From the IMG/VR virus record IMGVR_UViG_3300021978_000003, positions 1 through 34,983 of that record: a stretch of DNA of 34,983 nucleotides; one strand, given 5' to 3'. The position numbers were made by a program, and so were the translations under genes. Shown here in pieces: positions 9,388 to 16,402 of this stretch (positions are counted from its first letter, which is position 1; the number at the start of each line of letters is the position of its first letter). Below the pieces are notes generated by a model. It ran no database searches, was not told the origin of the DNA, and saw only the letters and a list, made by a program, of their open reading frames with translations. Origin of the DNA: a virus (taxonomy: Duplodnaviria; Caudoviricetes).

Positions 9388-9411
9388 AAGTAAAAGGACA
9401 TTATAATATGG
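9385..9411 (+). promoter_or_regulatory. Putative phage RNA polymerase promoter (copy 1)
   Basis: TAAAAGTAAAAGGACATTATAATATGG matches 33281-33307 at 24/27 nt; sits at the start of the structural block. Confidence 0.7.
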
Positions 9412-9584
9412 AAACTATTCCTACTCATTCTAGCGACTTACTTAAAGTGCTAGACACTAATTACCCAGACATCTTCCCTATACAGGAATTAGGACAACTA
9501 AGCCCTTATGAATTAGGTAGGAAAGCAGGAGTAATCGAATTAATACGACTACTTAAACAGCTACAACAGAAAGGAGAACCCTAA
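9408..9584 (+). CDS. Small protein, T7 gp6.5-position (58 aa, not in ORF track)
   Basis: METIPTHSSDLLKVLDTNYPD...GRKAGVIELIRLLKQLQQKGEP; AAGGA upstream; typical small gene ahead of the portal. Confidence 0.7.
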   Translation: METIPTHSSDLLKVLDTNYPDIFPIQELGQLSPYELGRKAGVIELIRLLKQLQQKGEP

Positions 9585-9585
9585 T

Positions 9586-9795
9586 ATGGGAGGAAGTCCA
9601 AGCGTACCCGCACCACCAGCCGCACCACCAGCCCCTGCCCCAGCCCAGCCAGTAGAAGAAGCTATCTTTGAACCAACAGCAGATACTGCTAAAGACAAAG
9701 AAAAGAAACTAAAGGCTATTAAGGAAGGCAAGAAAAGACTACAGGTTCCCTTGAGTCCTAGTGGTAGTGCTACGGGTGTAAACAAAGGAGCCTAA
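9586..9795 (+). CDS. Small virion/assembly protein (gp6.7/gp7.3-like), paralog 1
   Basis: MGG start, Pro/Ala-rich linker, Lys-rich segment, TGVNKG end; SD AAGGAG. Confidence 0.75.
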   Translation: MGGSPSVPAPPAAPPAPAPAQPVEEAIFEPTADTAKDKEKKLKAIKEGKKRLQVPLSPSGSATGVNKGA

Positions 9796-9797
9796 AT

Positions 9798-9986
9798 ATG
9801 GGTGGTACTAAGACATATAGACAGCAAGCTCCAGCACCAGCTAAGACAGAATTAGCTGAAGCTATTGTGTTTAAACCAGATGATGTTAAGAAGAAAAAGA
9901 CTACAAGTAAGACTAGTAAATTAGCTATTACCAGTAATGCCAAGAACGCTGGTACAAATACTGGTGTTAACAAGGGGTATGGCTAA
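9798..9986 (+). CDS. Small virion/assembly protein (gp6.7/gp7.3-like), paralog 2
   Basis: Same architecture as the preceding gene; SD AAGGAG; abuts the portal start. Confidence 0.75.
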   Translation: MGGTKTYRQQAPAPAKTELAEAIVFKPDDVKKKKTTSKTSKLAITSNAKNAGTNTGVNKGYG

Positions 9987-11506
9987 TGGCTTATAATGAA
10001 GCTAGTTCTGGTGGTGAAATGGAGACCACCTTAAAGACTAGGTGGAGTAAATTAGAAACAAGTAAGACTTCAGTTTTAGATCGTGCACGAGCGTGTGCAG
10101 AACTAACCATTCCGTCCCTCTTAACCAAGCAGGGACACAAGGAACAGGATACTCTTAAGACTCCTTACCAGTCTCTAGGCAGTAGAGCGATTAATCATTT
10201 AGCAAGTAAATTACTACTTACTTTACTTCCTCCTAATGCTCCCTTCTTTAGGCTCATGCCTAATAAAGAAGAGATTGCAATCTTGGATGATGCACAGAAG
10301 ATGGAACTAGATAAAAGTCTAGCTCTATTTGAGAAGGAAGTCTATACATATATCGAAAAGAAAGCCTATCGTGTTCCTTTATTTGAAGGATTAAAGTTAC
10401 TTATAGGAACTGGTAATGCACTACTTAGACTTGATGAAGGTCAGTTACGTGTTTATAATCTCGAAGAGTATGTAGTTAAGCGTAATGCACTAGGTAAGAT
10501 CATTGAAATTATTGTACGAGAAACTATTCATCCAAGTGATCTACCAGAGTTAAAGCTAGAAGAAGAAGAAACAGAGCTGTACACATGTATCAAAGTAATG
10601 GAAGATGGTAATTATCATACGTACCAAGAAGTTGCTGAAGAAATTGTACAAGGAACAGAAGGAGTACTTAAGCCTGAAGATGTACCATTCCTAGCTTTAA
10701 GATGGACAGCTATCAATGGTGAAGACTATGGTAGAGGATTAGTAGAACAATATATTGGAGATTTACGTAGCTTAGAAGCCCTTGCTCAGGCAATGGTAGA
10801 AAGTGCGGCGGCTAGTAGTAAGATCGTGTTTATGGTTGATCCTACTGCTACTACTAGAGCTAAGGATCTAGCTCGTGCTAAATCAGGTGACTTTGTTCAA
10901 GGTCGCGCAAGTGATGTAACCACCCTACAGGTTCAGAAGACAACTGATCTACAGATTGCTTTTGAGCTTAGTCAACAGTTGCAACAGAGACTAGCGGCGG
11001 CTTTCTTGTTAACAGAAGGTGCACGTAGAGATGCAGAACGAGTAACAGCAGAAGAAATTAGACTTGTTGCTGGTGAACTTGAGGATGCTCTTGGTGGTAT
11101 TTATTCAATCTTAAGCCAAGAACTACAGTTGCCACTAGTTAAGATTATTCTTAAACAAAGTAAAACCAAACTACCTGAAGGACTTGTCGAACCAGTTATT
11201 GTTACTGGTCTTGAGGCACTAGGTAGAGGACATGACTACAATAAGTTAGTTATGTTTGCACAGACATTGCAACAGCTATTAGGCCCAGAAATCTTTGCTC
11301 AACATACAAATGTAGATGCGGTTATTGATCGCATTGCTACATCATTAGGAGTAGACATTACTGGAATCATTAAAGACCCAGAGCAGAAAGCTCAAGAAGC
11401 ACAGCAAGCACAGTTGGCACAGAGTCAGCAGATTGGACTAGATAGTGCGGCTCAGTCTGGTGGTGCTCAGGCAGGTGCAATGGGTGCTCAACAACTTATG
11501 AGTTAA
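9986..11506 (+). CDS. Portal / head-tail connector (T7 gp8-like)
   Basis: LTIPSL, PYQSLGSRAINHLASKLLLTLLPPNAPFFRL, GEDYGRG, RDAERVTAEEIR, TGLEALGRG. Confidence 0.97.
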   Translation: MAYNEASSGGEMETTLKTRWSKLETSKTSVLDRARACAELTIPSLLTKQGHKEQDTLKTPYQSLGSRAINHLASKLLLTLLPPNAPFFRLMPNKEEIAILDDAQKMELDKSLALFEKEVYTYIEKKAYRVPLFEGLKLLIGTGNALLRLDEGQLRVYNLEEYVVKRNALGKIIEIIVRETIHPSDLPELKLEEEETELYTCIKVMEDGNYHTYQEVAEEIVQGTEGVLKPEDVPFLALRWTAINGEDYGRGLVEQYIGDLRSLEALAQAMVESAAASSKIVFMVDPTATTRAKDLARAKSGDFVQGRASDVTTLQVQKTTDLQIAFELSQQLQQRLAAAFLLTEGARRDAERVTAEEIRLVAGELEDALGGIYSILSQELQLPLVKIILKQSKTKLPEGLVEPVIVTGLEALGRGHDYNKLVMFAQTLQQLLGPEIFAQHTNVDAVIDRIATSLGVDITGIIKDPEQKAQEAQQAQLAQSQQIGLDSAAQSGGAQAGAMGAQQLMS

Positions 11507-11626
11507 GTTACTTACTTTTTATGATGCTTACTTATAAGTGAAAATAGGAGTAGTAGGAAGTGGGGGAAGTCACGATAACTGTTTACACAGATGTAGACAC
11601 AGTTTCAGAAACTAAGGAGACTACAG

Positions 11627-12433
11627 ATGTCACTGGAAATAGAAAGCACAGAGCAACAGGAAGTAAAACTAAGCGAACACGATCAAGCGATGGTGGACGT
11701 AGTAGACAAAAGCAACGAAAGTCTAAAGGAAACACTACAGACTGATATTGATAACGCAAATACCATTGGCACTGAGCCTGAGATTGAAGAAGGTGAGAAA
11801 TTACTAGCAGGCAAGTACAAGAATGTAGAAGAATTAGAAAAGGCTTATACTGAATTACAGTCTAAGTTAGGCAAAGCAGATGCGCCTTCTGAGGAAGACA
11901 CCGCACCAGTTGAGACTAATGAAGCAGAGAATGCAGTAGAAGCGGCAGGGTTAGACTTTGCATCCCTAGAATCTGAGTATGATACACAGGGTGAACTAAG
12001 CGAAGACTCATTTAAGAAACTAGAACAAGCAGGCATACCACGTAGTGCTGTTGATCAATACATTGCTGGACAAACGGCTATGCAGAATACATTTGCAGAC
12101 CGTATCCAATCTGATGTAGGTGGAGAAGCAGAATACAATAGTATGATTGAGTGGGCTAGTACTAATCTGAGTTCTAGTGAACAGAAAGCGTTCAATAGTA
12201 CACTTGACAATGAAGACTCAGCTAGGTTTTCTGTACAAGGTCTGTACAGTAGATTCAAAATGGCTAACCCTCAACAGATTGGTAGTAGTAGGTTAAGTGG
12301 TCAGACATCAACAGCGACTAGTGGATATGAAACTAAGTCAGACATGATGCGAGACATTAAGCACCCTGACTATAAATCTGATGCTCGCTATAGAGCAAGA
12401 GTGCAGTCTAAGATTGGCAAGTCCAGTTTTTAG
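11627..12433 (+). CDS. Capsid scaffolding protein (T7 gp9-like)
   Basis: Acidic; LLAGKYKNVEELEKAY..L, VGGEAEY..MIEWA, Y..DARYRA.V..K motifs; lies between portal and capsid. Confidence 0.92.
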   Translation: MSLEIESTEQQEVKLSEHDQAMVDVVDKSNESLKETLQTDIDNANTIGTEPEIEEGEKLLAGKYKNVEELEKAYTELQSKLGKADAPSEEDTAPVETNEAENAVEAAGLDFASLESEYDTQGELSEDSFKKLEQAGIPRSAVDQYIAGQTAMQNTFADRIQSDVGGEAEYNSMIEWASTNLSSSEQKAFNSTLDNEDSARFSVQGLYSRFKMANPQQIGSSRLSGQTSTATSGYETKSDMMRDIKHPDYKSDARYRARVQSKIGKSSF

Positions 12434-12455
12434 AGTGGATGCACTTAAGTAAGAT

Positions 12456-12532
12456 ACTTACATATGTATAAATGCCCTGAATAAGAGTCTGAGGACACCC
12501 TGTTTAGGATACCAATTACTACACATGAGGTA
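12456..12532 (+). promoter_or_regulatory. Structured 5' leader of the major capsid gene
   Basis: Nested stems TACTT/AGGTA, CATATGTA/TACACATG, CCTGAATA/TGTTTAGG, GTC-TGAG-GAC. Confidence 0.55.
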
Positions 12533-12572
12533 AATAAAAACTAAAACTATACATAAGTAAAATAATAATAAA

Positions 12573-13481
12573 ATGGCGAATTACGCATTAGGTAACCCTA
12601 CTGGTGCCGCATGGGCACCCAACACCTCCACTGGTATTATCAATACATCAGGTACTGATATTGCATTGAAGGTGTTTTCCGGGGAAGTTCTGACTGCATT
12701 CTCAACGAATAATGTCTTCCTTCCTTTAGTAAATGTACGATCCATCGACTCAGGTAAGTCAGCACAGTTCCCAGTAATTGGTAACTTGACTGCTACCACT
12801 GTTCATATTCCCGGTCAGGACATTGTACCGTCCACGATTGCGGCGGCTGAACAGGTAATTACTATCACTGCTCGTAGGTATGCATCTGTGTTTGTAGATG
12901 ACATGCAGGAAGCAATGAGTCATTACGAAGTACGTGGTCAGTATTCTACTGAAATTGGTAACATTCTTGCTAAGAAAGTTGACCAAGCAGTAGTAGCACA
13001 GCTTGACGCATGTGAAGGTGCAACTCCTAAGACAGGTCAGCCAGCTATTAACGCTGATTTCGATCTTGGTACAACTCTTACTACTGATGAATTTGTTGAT
13101 GCCATGTTTGATGCACAGCAGAGATTCGATGAGAAAGATGTTACTGGTGAGCGTGTATGTGTTGTAAATCCAGAAGCATACTACAACATTGTACAGTCTA
13201 GTAAAGCGGTTAACCGTGATTGGACTAGTAACAATGGTGGTATTGATTCAGGTAATGTCTTCAAGATTGCTGGTGTTCGTATTCTTACCAGTAACAACAT
13301 TTCGAGTGGTAACTGGGGCTATATGTTTACCCCTTCTGCTGTTGGTGTTGTTAAGTTGCTCGATATCGTATCTGAAGCTAACTATGTTCCTGAGAAATTG
13401 GGTACGCTGTTAGTCTCTAGCTATGCTATGGGCGAAGGAGTCTTGAACGCTGGTTGTTGTCAGAGATTCAGCAAGACGTAA
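12573..13481 (+). CDS. Major capsid protein (T7 gp10-like)
   Basis: LKVFSGEVLTAF, RSIDSGKSAQFPVIG, HYEVRGQYSTEIG..LA..VDQ, IAGVRILTSNN, YAMGEGVL. Confidence 0.97.
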   Translation: MANYALGNPTGAAWAPNTSTGIINTSGTDIALKVFSGEVLTAFSTNNVFLPLVNVRSIDSGKSAQFPVIGNLTATTVHIPGQDIVPSTIAAAEQVITITARRYASVFVDDMQEAMSHYEVRGQYSTEIGNILAKKVDQAVVAQLDACEGATPKTGQPAINADFDLGTTLTTDEFVDAMFDAQQRFDEKDVTGERVCVVNPEAYYNIVQSSKAVNRDWTSNNGGIDSGNVFKIAGVRILTSNNISSGNWGYMFTPSAVGVVKLLDIVSEANYVPEKLGTLLVSSYAMGEGVLNAGCCQRFSKT

Positions 13482-13540
13482 GTTAGTGTAATCACTCACA
13501 TATGTACATAATAAGTATAAAATAGAGTGATTGCGTCATT

Positions 13541-13577
13541 AGGGTGTTCTTCTTAATTGAGGAGCACCCTTTTTTTT
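13541..13577 (+). terminator. Intrinsic terminator after the capsid gene (T7 Tphi position)
   Basis: Stem AGGGTGTTCTTC / GAGGAGCACCCT followed by a T run. Confidence 0.9.
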
Positions 13578-13639
13578 CACCTCCGGGTTTACTTATAAGT
13601 AGTAGTAAACTTGTGTGTGTGAATAAGGGATAGATATCA

Positions 13640-14221
13640 ATGAAGAAGTTAAATGAAGCAATTAATATTTGTCTAGTTACAATAGGTGAACGACCACTAG
13701 GGAGTAGTACTCCTATTACTGGTATCTATGAGGCTGAACTGTCTGACACATTCTTGGATGAGGCTAAAACAGAGTTACTTAGTCGAGGATTTATATTCAA
13801 TACTGACACACAGTGGGAGCTTAGGCCGAATACTAATGATGAGATCATTATTCCATATGGAGCCTTATCTGTGGATGCAACATCTGCTTCATCTGACTAC
13901 ATTGTAAAAGACAACAAGCTGTACAATAGAGCGGAACACGACTTTGTGTTTACTGAAACAGTAGAAGTAGATGTCATATGGGACATTGACTTTGATGATC
14001 TACCTAGCCACGCTCAGGTAGTTATAGTAGATTTAGCTAAAGAGAAACTGTATTCACGAGTGATTGGTGTAGATAGCACCATTAAACTACTGCGTGAAGA
14101 CATACAACGATCAACTGCTACACTGTTGAATGAAGAAATGAGACTAGGTGATTACTCAATCTTCGATGATGGTGTAACAAATAGACCAATGACTAGATCA
14201 CGTAACCCGGCAGGACTGTAG
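13640..14221 (+). CDS. Tail tubular protein A (T7 gp11-like)
   Basis: LNEAINICLVTIGERP, SRGFIFNT, FDDLP motifs; synteny. Confidence 0.92.
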   Translation: MKKLNEAINICLVTIGERPLGSSTPITGIYEAELSDTFLDEAKTELLSRGFIFNTDTQWELRPNTNDEIIIPYGALSVDATSASSDYIVKDNKLYNRAEHDFVFTETVEVDVIWDIDFDDLPSHAQVVIVDLAKEKLYSRVIGVDSTIKLLREDIQRSTATLLNEEMRLGDYSIFDDGVTNRPMTRSRNPAGL

Positions 14222-14222
14222 G

Positions 14223-16355
14223 ATGAGTGAAGTTAATCAAACGATTCCATCCTTTGTCAATGGGGTAAGCAAACAAGCAGTAGAGTCTAGACATGAATCA
14301 CAAGTAGAAGACATGAAGAACTGTACACTGTCTTTTACTGATGGTACAAGGAGAAGAAATCCTCTTGTACACATAGGAGCACTCACAGCATTAAATGGGT
14401 TAGATCCTTATATTTATTCGTACAGTAGAGGAGATGGTTTAGAGTCTTATGTAATTGCTATCATTAGTGGTGCATGGTATGTGTACAAACTAGATGGCAC
14501 TCTTGTAGATTCAGAAACCAGTGTGTCATACCTTACACTTGCATCAGGAGTAGTTCCTAGAGATAGCTTTAGTGCTACTACTATTGGTGATACTACTTTT
14601 ATTGTTAACAAAACAAAGACAATAGCTGAGTCAGGTACATATACACATGGAAATAGTAGCTCAACTGTATTGCATAAGAAGTATGCTTACTATTGGGTTA
14701 AGCGTAGCTATGTTGCATATGGTGGTACTGACAATCAGCAAGCAAGTACATACCAGTACAAAGTTTATGATGGAAGCACAACTGCACTACGTCCTACTGA
14801 TACTGAAGCGGCTAGTACAAGTGGAGCTAATGCCTATGGTAAGAACTCACTGACAGTAGCTAATACACTAGCAGGTGACTTAAGCAATGCTACTAACTCA
14901 GGAAGTGTATTAAGACAGCTTAAGAATAATGCAGGCACATGGGAAGTGTCAGACTCATGGGGTAACCAAGCATCAGAAGGATGGTGGGGTTACATATCAA
15001 AGATTCAGGATCTACCTGAAGACATGGGTAGTTATGATGGTACAGACACTTTAATCAAGATTACAGGAGATGAGAAGAACAACTTCGAAGGCTTCTGGAC
15101 TACATATACAGATGGTACGTGGAAAGAATCAATAGCTAGTGGTATTAAAGTAGGAGTAGATGCTACGACAATGCCTCATACTCTTATACGTAACTCATTG
15201 ACTAACTTTACATTTGGTACATTTGCATACACTAATCGTAAAGTAGGAGATGACTTTAGTAATATGATGCCTAGCTTTGTAGGGAATACGATTGAAGATG
15301 TATTCTTTTACAGGAACAGACTAGGTGTGATTAGTGATGATTCCATCATTATGAGTGAGTTGGGTATTTATGAGAACTTCTTCAGGACAACGGTAACTGA
15401 TTTACTTGCTACTGATCCTATTGATGTAGCTGTAGACACTAATCAGGTAGCTTACTTGAAGTATGCAGTTCCTTTTAAGTCTAACTTGCTTTTATTTGGC
15501 ACTAATGCTCAGTATATTTTATCGTCAAGTGATGAGTTAAAGCCTGACACAGCTACTATTAGTCAATCAACTGTGTATCAGATGAATCCTAAGACTAAGC
15601 CAGTACCTATTGGGCCTAATACTTACTTTAGTGTTAACAAAGGATCAAGTACACAGGTACGTGAATATTACAATGTACCTGACTCAGTAGACAACTTAGC
15701 TTTTGACATTAGTGCACACATTAGTGACTACATTCCTAAGAATGCAGTAGACATGGAAGTAAGTGCTAAGTACGATATGCTGTTTGTACTAAGTAGTGAT
15801 GAGACATCTACTATATATGTGTACAATCAGAGTTGGGAAGGTGATAAAAAAGCCCAGAGTGCATGGCACAAATGGACATTCAGTAGTACAATAGCTATTA
15901 CTAATATTAGATGTATCGGAGATGAGTTGTATGTAATTTACAACATAACTGTCTCAGGTAGTAGTGTAACAAAGATGAGTAAGGTTTCTCTAGCCAAGTC
16001 TGACTATACAAGTGTGAGCTATGTGGATGCAGAGTTGACTGGAAATACTACTACTTACTCAAGTGAAATAAAACTAAGTGAATGGGGATTCAGAACAGGT
16101 GGTGATGTAAAGGTGGATGACAAACAAGGTAGATTGCAAATACGTAGCTACCAATTGCAAACTAGACCAAGTAGTGTACAAAAGATCAAAGTAGATGTTG
16201 GTACACTAAGTCACACATCAACAGCAGACAAAGCTGTAGTAATGGGAGAAACAAGTAAAACAACAATAACAGTCTTAAGTAAAGATGCTTCAGGGTTCTG
16301 TCTAGATAGTTCGAATCTTAAAGGCAACTTCACAACTAAATCAAGAACAGTGTGA
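14223..16355 (+). CDS. Tail tubular protein B (T7 gp12-like)
   Basis: QTIPSFVNGVSKQ, IGDTTFIVN, TMPHTLIR, R.VGDD.SN..PSFVG, FFYRNRLG, DPIDV, QSAWHKW. Confidence 0.95.
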   Translation: MSEVNQTIPSFVNGVSKQAVESRHESQVEDMKNCTLSFTDGTRRRNPLVHIGALTALNGLDPYIYSYSRGDGLESYVIAIISGAWYVYKLDGTLVDSETSVSYLTLASGVVPRDSFSATTIGDTTFIVNKTKTIAESGTYTHGNSSSTVLHKKYAYYWVKRSYVAYGGTDNQQASTYQYKVYDGSTTALRPTDTEAASTSGANAYGKNSLTVANTLAGDLSNATNSGSVLRQLKNNAGTWEVSDSWGNQASEGWWGYISKIQDLPEDMGSYDGTDTLIKITGDEKNNFEGFWTTYTDGTWKESIASGIKVGVDATTMPHTLIRNSLTNFTFGTFAYTNRKVGDDFSNMMPSFVGNTIEDVFFYRNRLGVISDDSIIMSELGIYENFFRTTVTDLLATDPIDVAVDTNQVAYLKYAVPFKSNLLLFGTNAQYILSSSDELKPDTATISQSTVYQMNPKTKPVPIGPNTYFSVNKGSSTQVREYYNVPDSVDNLAFDISAHISDYIPKNAVDMEVSAKYDMLFVLSSDETSTIYVYNQSWEGDKKAQSAWHKWTFSSTIAITNIRCIGDELYVIYNITVSGSSVTKMSKVSLAKSDYTSVSYVDAELTGNTTTYSSEIKLSEWGFRTGGDVKVDDKQGRLQIRSYQLQTRPSSVQKIKVDVGTLSHTSTADKAVVMGETSKTTITVLSKDASGFCLDSSNLKGNFTTKSRTV

Positions 16356-16402
16356 ATAAAGATTAACCAATAGCACACACTAAGTAAACATAGGGATTTA
16401 AC

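Noticed and set aside
11560-11745. 61-aa ORF overlapping the scaffold start
   Set aside because: Mostly an alternative frame of the scaffold gene with no recognisable features; cannot be fully excluded because a purine-rich tract lies upstream.
12474-12488. Lambda boxB-like GCCCTGAATAAGAGT
   Set aside because: Stem is mismatched, no boxA or N-like gene seen, and a better alternative pairing exists.
13440-13640. T7 gp10B-type capsid frameshift extension
   Set aside because: Alternative frames stop within a few codons and a terminator follows.
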